Position numbers and translations under genes: made by a program
The notes under the pieces: generated by a model
Told to the model about the DNA's origin: nothing
The model's database searches: none
Seen by the model: the letters and a program-made list of their open reading frames with translations, nothing else
Shown: in pieces, positions 40,358 to 51,220 of the stretch
How positions within the stretch are numbered: position 1 is the first letter of the stretch
How the letters are laid out: every line of letters starts with the position of its first letter
Source: an uncultured Actinomycetota bacterium
GTDB taxonomy: Bacteria > Actinomycetota > Actinomycetes > JAFAQI01
Assembly (NCBI GenBank): GCA_963770565.1
Contig: CAVYQE010000001.1
Span: 1,376,001-1,440,000 of the forward strand
Direction of reading: 5' to 3'
DNA length: 64,000 nt

Positions 40358-41062
40358 ATGACGGCCAACGCCAGGGTGTTGATCGCGGTCTCAGCCGCTC
40401 TGACACTCGCCGGCTCGCTCGCGACGACGGCGTCCGCCGCGCCGTCGACGACGCCAATCGCGAGCAAGACCTTCGCCGGCTACGAGGTCACCAAGACCAA
40501 GACCCACGTCAGCTCGGTCACCACGACCTTCGCAGTCCCCACCATCACCTGCAAGAAGAGCCTGAGCGGGGTGGGGCCGTCGATCGTCGTGCAGACCACG
40601 CCCAACAAGAAGAACACCTACGCCATCGATGCGGCCGCGGTCGGAGTGGGCTGTGTGAAGGGTAAGCCGGAGTACGAGTCGATCATCGAGGTCAACAGCA
40701 CCAGCTTCAACGACTTCCCGTTCTCGGCCGGCGACAAGGTCAAGGTGACCATCACGCTGAACAAGAAGAAGACGTCGGTCACGGTCGACGACCTCACCTC
40801 GAAGACCTCGAAGACCCGCACCGGCGCCGGCCGGCTCGGTGAGTACGCCTACCTCGGCGACGAGGGCTTGGAGATCAACTCCAAGAAGACCGGGCTCGAC
40901 CCGTTCACCAAGACTTCGTTCACCGGCTCGGAGGTCAACGGCAAGTCGCTCAGCGCGGAGAAGGCGGTCGCCTACGAGGCGAAGCGCGGCAAGACCCTGC
41001 TGATCGCAGTGAGCAAGTTGAGCAAGGGCAAGGACTTCGAGCTCACCTTCGAGCACAGTTGA
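40358..41062 (+). CDS. Secreted Lys/Thr-rich protein with degenerate glutamic peptidase (G1/A4) fold
   Basis: Signal peptide; FAGY, VPTITC, SAGDKVKV, LDPFTKTSFT..VNG and DFELTF follow the order of G1 motifs; catalytic Gln motif absent. Confidence 0.6.
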   Translation: MTANARVLIAVSAALTLAGSLATTASAAPSTTPIASKTFAGYEVTKTKTHVSSVTTTFAVPTITCKKSLSGVGPSIVVQTTPNKKNTYAIDAAAVGVGCVKGKPEYESIIEVNSTSFNDFPFSAGDKVKVTITLNKKKTSVTVDDLTSKTSKTRTGAGRLGEYAYLGDEGLEINSKKTGLDPFTKTSFTGSEVNGKSLSAEKAVAYEAKRGKTLLIAVSKLSKGKDFELTFEHS

Positions 41063-41793
41063 TCCGCTTCGGGGTCGACATCGGCGGCACCGGGGTCAAG
41101 GGCGCCCTGGTCGACATCACGACCGGTCAGCTGGTCAGCGAGCGGGTCCGGGTCCCGACGCCGCATCCGGCCACCCCGGAGTCGGTGGTGCCCGTGGTCG
41201 CCGACCTGGTGCGCCAAGCGTCGTACGACGGGCCGGTCGGGTGTGCGTTCCCGGCCGTGATCAAAGGCGGCATCGCGCAGACCGCCGCGAACATCGATCC
41301 GTCCTGGATCGGCACCTCGGTCGAGTCGACGGTCTCCGGCCAGCTCGGCGGCATCGCGGTCACCGCGATCAACGACGCAGACGCCGCCGGGCTGGCCGAG
41401 ATGCGGTTCGGGGCCGGCCGCGACGTCGCCGGTTTGGTCGTGCTGCTGACCGTCGGCACGGGTATCGGCTCTGCGGTGTTCGTCGACGGTGAGCTGTTGC
41501 CCAACACCGAGCTCGGCCACCTCGAGGTCGACGGTCACATCGCCGAACGCCGGGCGTCGGAGATCGCGCGCGAGGAGCAGCAGCTCAGTCACCGGCACTG
41601 GGCGAAGCGCTTCAACCGCTATCTCGAGGTGCTGGAAGGGCTGTTGTGGCCGGACCTGCTGATCATCGGTGGTGGGGTGAGCAAGGCGCCGGAGAAGTTC
41701 ATGCCGCTGCTCGAGTCGAGGGCAACGCTCGTGCCGGCGACACTGGCCAACACGGCCGGGATCGTCGGCGCGGCGCTGGCCAGCGTGCAGTAG
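41059..41793 (+). CDS. ppgK: Polyphosphate glucokinase (ROK family)
   Basis: [46 protein letters not shown]. Confidence 0.9.
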   Translation: MIRFGVDIGGTGVKGALVDITTGQLVSERVRVPTPHPATPESVVPVVADLVRQASYDGPVGCAFPAVIKGGIAQTAANIDPSWIGTSVESTVSGQLGGIAVTAINDADAAGLAEMRFGAGRDVAGLVVLLTVGTGIGSAVFVDGELLPNTELGHLEVDGHIAERRASEIAREEQQLSHRHWAKRFNRYLEVLEGLLWPDLLIIGGGVSKAPEKFMPLLESRATLVPATLANTAGIVGAALASVQ

Positions 41794-41796
41794 GGC

Positions 41797-43134
41797 TCAG
41801 CCGGTCAGCTTCTCGAGCAGGGCGGCCCGGCGGGCCGGCTTGCCAGACTTCGCCTCGGCACGGTCGGCCGAGGCCATCAAGGCGGTCATCCCACGCACCC
41901 CCAGCCAGCGCAGCGGCTCCGGCTCCCAGCGCCGCCAGCGGTGGCCGACCCACGGCAGATGGGTGCGGTCGGTGTCCCGCTTGAGGATGAGATCGGCCAG
42001 GGTCCGGCCGGCGAGCGCGGTGCAGGCCACTCCGTCACCGACGTAGCCGCCGGCCCAGCCGATGCCGGACTCGCGATCGAGGGTGACCGACGGCATGAAG
42101 TCGCGCGGCACGCCGATGACCCCGCCCCAGCGGTGCGTGATCCTGGCCTGGGCGACCTGGGGGAGCAGTTCGCGCAGGGTCTCCTCGAGCCCGGCGTAGG
42201 TCTCGTCGTGTCCGACCGAACCGCCGGTGCGAGAGCCGAACCGGTACGGCGCACCGCGACCGCCGAAGACGATCCGGCCGTCAGCGGTGCGCTGGGCATA
42301 GATGATCAGGTGCCGCTCGTCGTTGAGCGTCTCCCGCTGGCGCCAGCCGATCCGTTCCCAGGTTTCGGCATCGAGCGGCTCGGTGGCGATGATCAGCGAC
42401 CAGATCGGCGCGAGCAGCCGATGGGTGGCGGGGATGTCGGCGGTGTATCCCTCGGTCGCCCGGATCACGGTGTCGGCCCGCAGGGTGCCGTGCGGGGTCA
42501 CGACCCGGCCGGGATGCACCGCGGTCGCTGCAGTCCGCTCGTAGATCGTCGCGCCCTGGCGCTCGACCACCCGGGCCAGGCCCCGGACCAGGCGGCCGGG
42601 ATGGATCGCCGCACAGTGCCTGGTGAAGCTTGCGCCATCGACATCGGACGCCGCGATCCGCTCGCGCGCCGCTGCGGCATCCAGCCAGCTGCCACCGTGA
42701 CCGTCGCCGCCCGCGCGCAGCCGGGTGACCTGGGCCGGGCCGCGGGCCAGAGACAGCGTGCCGCCCTTGGCATAGTGCGCGTCGACGTCGTGGTCGCGGC
42801 ACCAGTCCCCGACGTCGTCGACGGTGCGCTGGAGGGTGGCCTCCATCCGCCGGGCCGCGTCCGCGCCGTGCTCGCGCGCGATCCGTGACCACGGCACCGG
42901 GAACAGTGCAGAGCACCAGCCGCCGTTGCGCCCGGAGGCTCCCCAGCCCGCGATCTCGCGCTCGACTACCGCAACGCGCAGGCTCGGCTCGTGCCGCAGC
43001 AGGTGGTGGGCGGTCCACAGCCCGGTGAAGCCGGCCCCGACGATCGCGACGTCGACGCCGACGTTGCCCGGCAGGGCGGGACGGGCGGTCAGGTCGTCCT
43101 CACAGGTCTCGAGCCACAGCGATGGGAGCGTCAT
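41797..43134 (-). CDS. FAD-dependent amine/amino-acid oxidoreductase (DAO/PuuB-OrdL family)
   Basis: [56 protein letters not shown]. Confidence 0.88.
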   Translation of the reverse strand: MTLPSLWLETCEDDLTARPALPGNVGVDVAIVGAGFTGLWTAHHLLRHEPSLRVAVVEREIAGWGASGRNGGWCSALFPVPWSRIAREHGADAARRMEATLQRTVDDVGDWCRDHDVDAHYAKGGTLSLARGPAQVTRLRAGGDGHGGSWLDAAAARERIAASDVDGASFTRHCAAIHPGRLVRGLARVVERQGATIYERTAATAVHPGRVVTPHGTLRADTVIRATEGYTADIPATHRLLAPIWSLIIATEPLDAETWERIGWRQRETLNDERHLIIYAQRTADGRIVFGGRGAPYRFGSRTGGSVGHDETYAGLEETLRELLPQVAQARITHRWGGVIGVPRDFMPSVTLDRESGIGWAGGYVGDGVACTALAGRTLADLILKRDTDRTHLPWVGHRWRRWEPEPLRWLGVRGMTALMASADRAEAKSGKPARRAALLEKLTG

Positions 43135-43769
43135 CCGCGGTGCCACCTCGTGACGTACGACGGGGGTTTGCCGCCGAGTTCGGTGATCGGCCGGCCCGGG
43201 CGCAGCCGCAGCGGGACCACCCCGGCCCACGGGGACCAGCCCTCGTCGTCCGCGACGAACTCGGGCGGGCTGTCGCTGACCTTCACCGACCACTCCTCGA
43301 TCGGGACTGCGATCACCGAGGTCGCGGCCAGCTCGCGGCGGTTCGGCGGCCGGGCGTCTGCCCGCCGACCGGGCAGCAGCGCGTCGGCGAGCAGGTCGAG
43401 CGCGCGCCGCTTGTCGTCGCCGCGCAGCGCCGTGCCCTGACCGAGCACGACCGCGCTGCGGTAGTGCATCGAGGACTCGAACAGCGACGTCGCGACCACC
43501 AGGCCGTCGAGCAGAGTGACCGTCACGCAAGCGGGGTGCCCACCGCCGAGGGCTCGAAACAACCGGCTACCGGTCGATCCGTGCAGGAGGACCCGGTCGC
43601 CGTCGCGGGCGTACCCGCAAGGCATCACGAACGGCTGCGCGCCGACCGCGATGCCGACGTGCGCCACGATGCCCGCGTCGAGGACCTCGTTGAGGACGGC
43701 CCGGTCGGACACAGCCTTCTCCGGCAGCCGCCGGATCCGGGTGCGGGCCGAGCCTAGGTGGGTCGCCAT
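43131..43769 (-). CDS. Pyridoxamine 5'-phosphate oxidase-like flavin-binding protein
   Basis: LLHGSTGSR, VTVTLLDGLV, SSMHYRSAVV, WAGVVPL. Confidence 0.85.
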   Translation of the reverse strand: MATHLGSARTRIRRLPEKAVSDRAVLNEVLDAGIVAHVGIAVGAQPFVMPCGYARDGDRVLLHGSTGSRLFRALGGGHPACVTVTLLDGLVVATSLFESSMHYRSAVVLGQGTALRGDDKRRALDLLADALLPGRRADARPPNRRELAATSVIAVPIEEWSVKVSDSPPEFVADDEGWSPWAGVVPLRLRPGRPITELGGKPPSYVTRWHRG

Positions 43770-43771
43770 GC

Positions 43772-45151
43772 TTACAGGTGCGACCAGGCCTCGGTCAGCA
43801 CGCTACGGAGCACCTGCTCGATCTCGTCGAACTGGGTCTGGTCGCAGGTCAGTGGCGGTGAGATCTGGATGACCGGGTCGCCCCGGTCGTCGGCCCGGCA
43901 GACCAGGCCGGCCTCGAACAACGCCCCGGACAAGAACCCGCGCAGCAGCCGCTCGCTCTCGTCGTCGTCGAAGGTCTCCTTGGTGGTCTTGTCCTTGACC
44001 AGCTCGATCCCGTAGAAGTAGCCGTCGCCGCGCACGTCACCGACGATCGGCAGGTCGCAGAGCCGTTCGAGGGTGGCCCGGAACTCGGGCTCGTTGGTGC
44101 GCACGTGCTCGAGCAGGCCCTCGCGCTCGAAGATGTCGAGGTTGGCCAGCGCGATCGCACACGACACCGGGTGGCCGGCAAAGGTGATGCCGTGCAGGAA
44201 GGCCGAATCGCCGTGCAGGAACGGCTCGATCAGCTTGTCGGAGGCGAGCATCGCGCCGATCGGGGCGTAGCCGCTGCTCATTCCCTTGGCCACGGTGATG
44301 ATGTCCGGCTGGTAGCCGTAGCGCTCCGCGCCGAACCAGTAGCCGAGCCGGCCGAAAGCGCAGATCACCTCGTCGCTGACCAGGAGTACGCCGTAGCGGT
44401 CGCAGATCTCGCGTACCTGGGCGAAGTAGCCGGGCGGCGGCGTGAAACAACCGCCGGAGTTCTGAACCGGCTCCAGGAAGACCGCCGCGACCGACTCCGG
44501 GCCCTCGCGCAGGATCGCCCGCTCGATCTCGTCGGCGGCCCACTGGCCGAAGCGGGCCAGGTCCTCGCCGTGCTCCGGGGCGCGATAGAAGTTCGTGTTC
44601 GGCACGCGCACGCTGCCCGGGACGAGCGGCTCGAAGATGTTCTTGATCGCGGTGACGCCGTTGATCGAAAGCGCGCCCATCGTGGTGCCGTGGTAGGCGA
44701 TGTCGCGGCTGATCACCTTGTAGCGACCCGGCTCGCCCATCTGGCGGAAATACTGCCGAGCGAGCTTCCAGGCGCTTTCGACCGCTTCGGACCCGCCGGT
44801 GGTGAAGAAGACCCGGTTGATGTCGCCGGGGGCGTAGGAGGCCAGCCGCTCGGCCAACTCGATCGCCGAGGGGTGCGCGTAGGACCACAGCGGGAAGTAG
44901 GCCAGCTGCGCGGCCTGCTTCGCCGACGCGTCCGCCATCTCCTGCCGGCCGTGCCCGGCCTGGACCACGAACAGCCCGGACAGGCCGTCGAGATAGCGCT
45001 TGCCCTTAGAGTCCCAGACGTAGGCGCCTTCGCCACGCTCGATGATCGGGATGTCGTGGTCGGCGTACGTCGACATCCGGGTGAAGTGCATCCACAGGTG
45101 CCGGCGAGCGGCCTCCTGAAGGTGCGTGGCGTCTTGCTGTGAACTACTCAT
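43772..45151 (-). CDS. Class III aminotransferase, probable putrescine/diamine aminotransferase
   Basis: HLWMHFT, GSEAVESA, AYHGTT, EPVQNSGG, DEVICAFGRLG, VAKGMSSGY (PLP Lys), HGITFAGHP; polyamine context. Confidence 0.88.
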   Translation of the reverse strand: MSSSQQDATHLQEAARRHLWMHFTRMSTYADHDIPIIERGEGAYVWDSKGKRYLDGLSGLFVVQAGHGRQEMADASAKQAAQLAYFPLWSYAHPSAIELAERLASYAPGDINRVFFTTGGSEAVESAWKLARQYFRQMGEPGRYKVISRDIAYHGTTMGALSINGVTAIKNIFEPLVPGSVRVPNTNFYRAPEHGEDLARFGQWAADEIERAILREGPESVAAVFLEPVQNSGGCFTPPPGYFAQVREICDRYGVLLVSDEVICAFGRLGYWFGAERYGYQPDIITVAKGMSSGYAPIGAMLASDKLIEPFLHGDSAFLHGITFAGHPVSCAIALANLDIFEREGLLEHVRTNEPEFRATLERLCDLPIVGDVRGDGYFYGIELVKDKTTKETFDDDESERLLRGFLSGALFEAGLVCRADDRGDPVIQISPPLTCDQTQFDEIEQVLRSVLTEAWSHL

Positions 45152-45609
45152 CGGGTGCCCCAGGTGTAGGTCTGTTTGGCCAGTTTGAGGTAGACGAATG
45201 TCTCCGAGTCGCGAACTCCGGGTACGGCGCGAATCGCGTTGTTGAGCAGTGCGAGCAGGTGCTGGTCGTCGTTGCAGACGACCTCCACGAGCAGGTCGAA
45301 CGAGCCCGCCGTGACCACCACGTAGTCGACCTCGGGCAGGGCGGCCAGCTTGTCGGCCACCTCGGCCAGGTCGCCGTCGGCGCGCACCCCGACCATGGCC
45401 TGGCGGGTGAAGCCGAGCTGCATCGGGTCGGTCACCGCGACGATCTGCATGACCCCGGAGTCGAGCAGTCGTTGGACGCGTTGGCGGACGGCGGCCTCGG
45501 ACAAACCGACCGCGGTCGCGATCGCGGCGTACGAGCGACGGCCGTCAGCCTGCAACTGCTCGATGATGGCGCGGTTCGCGCTGTCGAGGGTGGTCGTGGT
45601 CGCAGGCAC
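45148..45609 (-). CDS. Lrp/AsnC family transcriptional regulator (start may be 45639)
   Basis: LDSANRAIIEQLQADGRRSYAAIA..VGLSEAAVRQRV HTH, VTAGSFDLLVE RAM domain. Confidence 0.93.
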   Translation of the reverse strand: MPATTTTLDSANRAIIEQLQADGRRSYAAIATAVGLSEAAVRQRVQRLLDSGVMQIVAVTDPMQLGFTRQAMVGVRADGDLAEVADKLAALPEVDYVVVTAGSFDLLVEVVCNDDQHLLALLNNAIRAVPGVRDSETFVYLKLAKQTYTWGTR

Positions 45610-45640
45610 CCCTCGACTGTGCCGTTGCGGCGCGACCATT

Positions 45641-45688
45641 GCAAGTGAATCCGTCGATAATTCGGGGTATTGCTGCGGATTCCCTTGC
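45641..45688. promoter_or_regulatory. Inverted-repeat operator, probable Lrp/AsnC binding sites
   Basis: GCAAGTGAATCCG (45641-45653) and CGGATTCCCTTGC (45676-45688) are 12/13 reverse-complementary; centres 31 bp apart. Confidence 0.7.
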
Positions 45689-45720
45689 TGAAGGCTCCGT
45701 CCGATGCCAGAGTCAGCCCT

Positions 45721-47151
45721 ATGGGTCTTCAGGCGGCACACAACGTCATCGGCGGCGAGGAGTCAGGTGCGGTCGACGGTCGCACGAGCGAAATCATCGA
45801 CCCGACGACCGGCGAGACCTATGCCACCGCCCCGGTCAGCGGTCCGGCCGATGTCGATCGTGCGTTCGCAGCGGCCGAGATTGGCTTCGAGACCTGGCGG
45901 GAGGCGACCCCGGCGGAGCGCCAGGTCGCGCTGCTGCGGCTCGCCGACGCGGTCGAGGCGCGGGCCGAGGAGCTCATCGACATCGAGTGCACGAACACCG
46001 GCAAGCCGCGCGGCCTGACCAGGGCCGAGGAGATCCCTCCGGCGGTCGACCAGATCCGGTTCTTCGCCGGTGCGGCGCGGATGCTCGAGGGTCGCTCCGC
46101 GGGGGAGTACATGGCCGGCCACACCTCGATGATCCGCCGCGAACCGGTCGGGGTCTGCGCGCAGGTCACGCCGTGGAACTACCCGATGATGATGGCGGTG
46201 TGGAAGTTCGCGCCGGCGATCGCCGCGGGCAACGCGATCGTGCTCAAGCCGTCGGACACCACCCCGATGTCCACGGTCTGGATGGCCGACCTCGCGCAGG
46301 AGTTCCTGCCGCCGGGGGTCTTCAACGTGATCTGCGGCGACCGCGACACCGGTCGGGAGCTGGTTGCCCACAAGACCCCGCGGATGGTGTCGATCACCGG
46401 CAGCGTGCGGGCCGGTCGCGAGGTCGCGGAAGCGGCTGCGGGCGACCTCAAGCGGGTCCACCTCGAGCTCGGCGGCAAGGCACCGTGCATCATCTTCGAC
46501 GATGCCGACGTCGAGGCCGCGGCGGCCGGGATCGCCATGGCCGGCTACTTCAACGCCGGCCAGGACTGTACGGCGGCCACCCGGGTGCTCGCTGGTCCGC
46601 GGGTCCACGACGACTTCCTCGACGCGCTGACCGAGGCGGCCAAGGGCCAGACCACCGGCGGGCACGACATCGAGGCCGACTACGGCCCGCTCAACAACGC
46701 CAACCAGCTCGCCCGGGTCAGCGGTTTCATCGAGCGGAAGCCCGCGCACGCCTCGGTCCGCACCGGCGGCGAACGGGTCGGGGACAAGGGGTACTTCTAC
46801 GCGCCGACCGTCGTCGCCGGGCTGGAGCAGGACGACGAGATGATCCAGGACGAGATCTTCGGCCCGGTCATCACGGTTCAGAAGTTCGCCGCGGAGGAAC
46901 AAGCGCTGGAGTGGGCGAACGGCGTGGAGTACGGTCTCGCGTCGTCGGTGTGGACCAAGGATCACGGTAGGGCGATGCGGATGGCGAAACGGCTCGACTT
47001 CGGCTGCGTGTGGATCAACACCCACATCCCGTTCGTGTCCGAGATGCCGCACGGTGGGTTCAAACACTCCGGCTACGGCAAGGATCTGTCCATGTACGGC
47101 TTCGAGGACTACACCCGGGTCAAGCACGTGATGAGCAGCCTCGGCGAGTGA
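45721..47151 (+). CDS. patD: Gamma-aminobutyraldehyde dehydrogenase (PatD/YdcW family)
   Basis: [62 protein letters not shown]. Confidence 0.88.
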   Translation: MGLQAAHNVIGGEESGAVDGRTSEIIDPTTGETYATAPVSGPADVDRAFAAAEIGFETWREATPAERQVALLRLADAVEARAEELIDIECTNTGKPRGLTRAEEIPPAVDQIRFFAGAARMLEGRSAGEYMAGHTSMIRREPVGVCAQVTPWNYPMMMAVWKFAPAIAAGNAIVLKPSDTTPMSTVWMADLAQEFLPPGVFNVICGDRDTGRELVAHKTPRMVSITGSVRAGREVAEAAAGDLKRVHLELGGKAPCIIFDDADVEAAAAGIAMAGYFNAGQDCTAATRVLAGPRVHDDFLDALTEAAKGQTTGGHDIEADYGPLNNANQLARVSGFIERKPAHASVRTGGERVGDKGYFYAPTVVAGLEQDDEMIQDEIFGPVITVQKFAAEEQALEWANGVEYGLASSVWTKDHGRAMRMAKRLDFGCVWINTHIPFVSEMPHGGFKHSGYGKDLSMYGFEDYTRVKHVMSSLGE

Positions 47152-48317
47152 GCGTCAACGTGAGCGAGGCCCGGCGCGAGGACCCACCGCGCTCGGCAGA
47201 TGTCGCCATCGAGCTGGTGGGTGTCGCCAAGCAGTTCGTCAGCCAGAAAGACACCGTCGCGGCGGTCGACCACATCGACCTGACGATCGAGGAGGGCGAG
47301 TTCTTCTCCTTGCTCGGCCCGAGCGGCTGTGGCAAGACGACGACGCTGCGAATGATCGCCGGGTTCGAGGAGCCGACCAGCGGCAAGGTCCTGCTCTACG
47401 GCACCGATGTGACCTCGGCGCCGCCTAACCACCGCGACGTCAACATGGTGTTCCAGAACTACGCGTTGTTCCCGCACATGACGGTGGCCGAGAACATTGC
47501 CTTCGGTTTGGAGCGCAAGGGCGTCGGCAAGGGCGAGGTCCGGCGCCGGGTGTCGGAGTCGCTCGACCTGGTGGAGCTCACCGGCCGCGACCGCCGGCGC
47601 CCGAAGGAGCTCTCGGGCGGCCAGCAGCAGCGGGTCGCCCTGGCCCGCGCGCTGATCAACCGGCCGCGTGCCCTGCTGCTCGACGAGCCACTCGGCGCGC
47701 TCGACCTGAAGCTGCGGCAGAACATGCAGATCGAGCTCAAGCGGATCCAGCGCGAGGTCGGGATCACCTTCGTTTACGTGACCCACGACCAGAGCGAGGC
47801 GTTGACGATGTCGGACCGGCTCGCGGTCATGAGGGACGGCAAGATCGAGCAGCTCGGGCCGCCGCGCGAGCTCTACGAGCAGCCGACCACCCGGTTCGTG
47901 GCCGGGTTCATCGGGACCTCCAACATCGTGCACGGCACGGTCGAGTCGATCTCCGACGACGGCGCGGTCATGCGCACCTCCGCGACCGAATCGGCCGTCG
48001 TACCGCTGCGCTCGCCGGTGGCAGTCGGCCAGGCGGTGGCGGCCACGGTCCGGCCGGAGAAGATGACGATGTCGATCGACCGGCCGAATCTCGGTTGCGC
48101 GCTGCGCGCCCGGATCAGCGAGGTCGTCTATCTCGGTACGTCGACGAACTACAACGTCGCGACCTCGTTGGGGGACCTGGTCGTCTACCAGCTCAACGCG
48201 GGCGACGACCTGATCGCGCCACAGCGCGGCGACGAGGTCTGGGTCGGCTGGACGCCGCAGCACTCCTACCAGCTGTTCGATGCAGAGCCCACCGAGGAGG
48301 CCCGCGATGACGAGTGA
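47148..48317 (+). CDS. potA: Polyamine ABC transporter ATPase (PotA-like)
   Basis: [47 protein letters not shown] domain. Confidence 0.9.
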   Translation: MSVNVSEARREDPPRSADVAIELVGVAKQFVSQKDTVAAVDHIDLTIEEGEFFSLLGPSGCGKTTTLRMIAGFEEPTSGKVLLYGTDVTSAPPNHRDVNMVFQNYALFPHMTVAENIAFGLERKGVGKGEVRRRVSESLDLVELTGRDRRRPKELSGGQQQRVALARALINRPRALLLDEPLGALDLKLRQNMQIELKRIQREVGITFVYVTHDQSEALTMSDRLAVMRDGKIEQLGPPRELYEQPTTRFVAGFIGTSNIVHGTVESISDDGAVMRTSATESAVVPLRSPVAVGQAVAATVRPEKMTMSIDRPNLGCALRARISEVVYLGTSTNYNVATSLGDLVVYQLNAGDDLIAPQRGDEVWVGWTPQHSYQLFDAEPTEEARDDE

Positions 48318-49551
48318 ACCCACGCACAGCCCGCTGCGACTGGGGCGGCGCGACCTGCTGCGCTACGCCGGCATGGGGGCGGGTCTCGCGACGCTGGCCG
48401 CCTGCGGGGTCAGCGGCGAGGGCAAGAAGCAGGTCACCGGCTCGACGCTCGACCAGCAGATCAAGGCGTTCTGGGCCGGCAAGAAGCAGACCGGCCAGGT
48501 CAACTGGGCGCAGTGGCCGCTCTACATCGACGTCGGGAAGAACAAGGGCGACCACCCCTCGATCGACCAGTTCACCGCGGCTACCGGCATCAAGGTCAAC
48601 TACAGCGAGCCGATCCAGGACGACGACACCTTCTTCGCGAAGGTGCAGCCGACGTTGTCCGCCGGGCAGTACTCCGGCTACGACATCGCGGTCATCACGA
48701 ACGGGATCGACTTCGACAAGTTCACCGAGCTCGGGTTGTTCGTGCCGCTGGACCACTCGTACCTGATCAACTACGAGAAGTACGCCGGCTCCACCTACAA
48801 GCACTCGGCCTACGACCCGGGCAACGTCTACAGCGTCCCCTGGCAGTCCGGGATCACCGGGATCGCTTACAACACCAAGAAGGTGCCGAAGCCGCTGACC
48901 AGTTTCTTCGACCTGTGGAATCCGGCCCTCAAAGGCAAGGTCGGGATGTTCGCCGACAACGAAGACCTGCCGACGCCGGTCCTGGTGGCGATGTTCGGCG
49001 ACCCGCAGAAGACCGGCCCGACCCAGTGGCGGCAGGCGGCGGCGAAGCTGACCCAGCAGCGCAAGGCCGGCATCGTGCGCAAGTACTACCAGCAGGACTA
49101 CATCGGCGCGTTGAGCACCGGTGACATCTGGGCCTGCCAGGCGTGGTCGGGCGACATCTTCCAGGCGTTGGAGTCCGGCGCGAAGGACCTCGTGTTCGTG
49201 ATCCCGTCCGAAGGCGCGGTGTTGTGGACCGACAACATGGTCCTGCTGAAGAACATCAAGAACCCGGTGTCGTCGATGAAGCTGATCGACTGGTACTACC
49301 AGCCGAAGATCGCCGCTGAGGTCGCGGAGTACGTCAACTACATCACGCCGGTGCCCGCCGCCCAGGCGGTCGTCAAGTCCGATGCGCAGAAGGCGACCGG
49401 GTCCAACCGGGCCGCTCTCTCCTCGATTGCGAAGAGCCCTCTGGTCTTCCCGACCCCCGCCGACTACAGCAAGCTCTATCGCTACCGCACGCTGACCAAC
49501 ACCGAGCTCACCACCTGGAACGAGATCTTCGAACCGATCTATCAATCATGA
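48307..49551 (+). CDS. potD: Polyamine ABC transporter substrate-binding Tat lipoprotein (PotD/PotF-like)
   Basis: RRDLL twin-Arg plus LAAC lipobox; WPLYID, YSVPWQSG, AWSGD, IPSEG..WTDNM. Confidence 0.87.
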   Translation: MTSEPTHSPLRLGRRDLLRYAGMGAGLATLAACGVSGEGKKQVTGSTLDQQIKAFWAGKKQTGQVNWAQWPLYIDVGKNKGDHPSIDQFTAATGIKVNYSEPIQDDDTFFAKVQPTLSAGQYSGYDIAVITNGIDFDKFTELGLFVPLDHSYLINYEKYAGSTYKHSAYDPGNVYSVPWQSGITGIAYNTKKVPKPLTSFFDLWNPALKGKVGMFADNEDLPTPVLVAMFGDPQKTGPTQWRQAAAKLTQQRKAGIVRKYYQQDYIGALSTGDIWACQAWSGDIFQALESGAKDLVFVIPSEGAVLWTDNMVLLKNIKNPVSSMKLIDWYYQPKIAAEVAEYVNYITPVPAAQAVVKSDAQKATGSNRAALSSIAKSPLVFPTPADYSKLYRYRTLTNTELTTWNEIFEPIYQS

Positions 49552-50414
49552 TTCGACGGCTTCGATCGGCGAGCGGGCCGTACCTGGCCGTGCTGCCGGG
49601 TGGACTGTGGTTGGCGATCTTCTTCGTCCTGCCGCTGTTCGTGATGGTGTCGCTGTCGGTGCAGACCGGAAACCTCATCACCGGCTTCCAGCAGACATTC
49701 CATTTCGCCAACTACTCGAACATGCTCTCGCTGTATCACGAGCAGCTGCTGCGGTCCTTGTGGTACGGCGTGATCGCCACCGTGCTCTGCGTGATGCTGG
49801 CGTATCCGATGGCGTACTGGATCGCGTTCTTCGGTGGCCGCAACAAGTCGACGTACCTGTTCCTGGTACTGCTGCCGTTCTTCGTCACCTTCGTGCTCCG
49901 CACGGTGGCGTGGCAGTTCCTCCTGGGCGACCAGGGTCTCGTGCTGAGCTGGCTGAAGGACACCGGCATCGTGTCGCAGGACTTCCACGTGCTGGCCACC
50001 GCGACCGCGGTAATCGCCGGACTGGTCTACAACTACCTGCCGTTCATGCTGTTGCCGATCTATGTCGCGCTCGAACGGATCGACCCGAGCCTGCTCGAAG
50101 CGGCCGGAGACCTGTACGCGACCCGCCGGCAGACCTTCCTGCGGATCGTGTTCCCCCTGACCATTCCGGGGATCTTCGCCGGCGTGCTGCTGACCTTCGT
50201 GCCGGTCGTGTCCGACTACGTCAACGCATCGATCCTCGGCGGCACCGGTCAGACCATGATCGGCAACATCATCCAGACCCTCTACCTGACCAACAGCGAC
50301 TATCCGAACGCGTCCGCGTTGTCGATCGTGCTGATGGGGATCCTGATGATCGGGATCTTCGTCTACGCGCGCGCACTCGGCACCCGCGACCTGCTCGATG
50401 CGGCGGCCGGATGA
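49548..50414 (+). CDS. potB: Polyamine ABC transporter permease (PotB-like)
   Basis: YNYLPFMLLPIYVALERID..LLEAAGDL, MIGNII. Confidence 0.88.
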   Translation: MIRRLRSASGPYLAVLPGGLWLAIFFVLPLFVMVSLSVQTGNLITGFQQTFHFANYSNMLSLYHEQLLRSLWYGVIATVLCVMLAYPMAYWIAFFGGRNKSTYLFLVLLPFFVTFVLRTVAWQFLLGDQGLVLSWLKDTGIVSQDFHVLATATAVIAGLVYNYLPFMLLPIYVALERIDPSLLEAAGDLYATRRQTFLRIVFPLTIPGIFAGVLLTFVPVVSDYVNASILGGTGQTMIGNIIQTLYLTNSDYPNASALSIVLMGILMIGIFVYARALGTRDLLDAAAG

Positions 50415-51214
50415 GCACCGCCACGAATGCCGCGGCCGGCCGGGTCGGCAGCCGCATCATGCAGGTCTACACCTGGCTGATCATCCTCTGGCTGATGCTG
50501 CCGATCTTCGTGATCATCGCCTTCGGCTTCAACAACACCAAGGGGAAGTTCAACTACACCTGGCAGGGTGTCACCCTGCACTGGTACCGCCACCTGTTCG
50601 ACATTCCCGACCTCACCAACGCGCTGATCAACTCGCTCACCATCGCGGCGATCGTGACCGTGATCTCCGGCATCCTCGGCACCGGGATGGGCTTCGCCCT
50701 GGGCCGCTGGAAGTTCCGCGGCACCGTGATCACCGAGCTGACGCTGTTCGCCAACATCGCCGCGCCGGAGATCACGCTGGCGACCGCCCTGCTGTCACTG
50801 TTCATCACCGCCAACGTCGCCCGCGGCTACTGGACGATCGTCATCGCACAAGTGATGTTCGACATCGCCTACGTCGCGGTGACGGTGCGGGCCCGGATGG
50901 CCGGGTACGACGTCCATCTGGAGGAGGCCGCGCGCGACCTCGGCGCCGGACCGCTGACCACCTTCCGGCTGATCACCTTGCCGTTGCTGCTGCCGGGCAT
51001 CGTCGCGGGTTGCCTGCTGGCCTTCGCGCTGTCCATCGACGACTTCGTGATCACGCAGTTCAACGCCGGCCAGACGCTGACCTTCCCGTTGTGGGTGTTC
51101 GGCGCCACCCGGTTGGGTGTGCCGCCACAGGTCAACGTGATGGGTACCTTGATCTTCGTGGGCGGCGTACTGATCGCGATCTCGAGCGTCCTGCTGTCGC
51201 GTCGACGGACCTAG
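50411..51214 (+). CDS. potC: Polyamine ABC transporter permease (PotC-like)
   Basis: LEEAARDLGA EAA motif, FALSIDDFVIT, TFPLWVF. Confidence 0.88.
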   Translation: MSTATNAAAGRVGSRIMQVYTWLIILWLMLPIFVIIAFGFNNTKGKFNYTWQGVTLHWYRHLFDIPDLTNALINSLTIAAIVTVISGILGTGMGFALGRWKFRGTVITELTLFANIAAPEITLATALLSLFITANVARGYWTIVIAQVMFDIAYVAVTVRARMAGYDVHLEEAARDLGAGPLTTFRLITLPLLLPGIVAGCLLAFALSIDDFVITQFNAGQTLTFPLWVFGATRLGVPPQVNVMGTLIFVGGVLIAISSVLLSRRRT

Positions 51215-51220
51215 CCGGCA

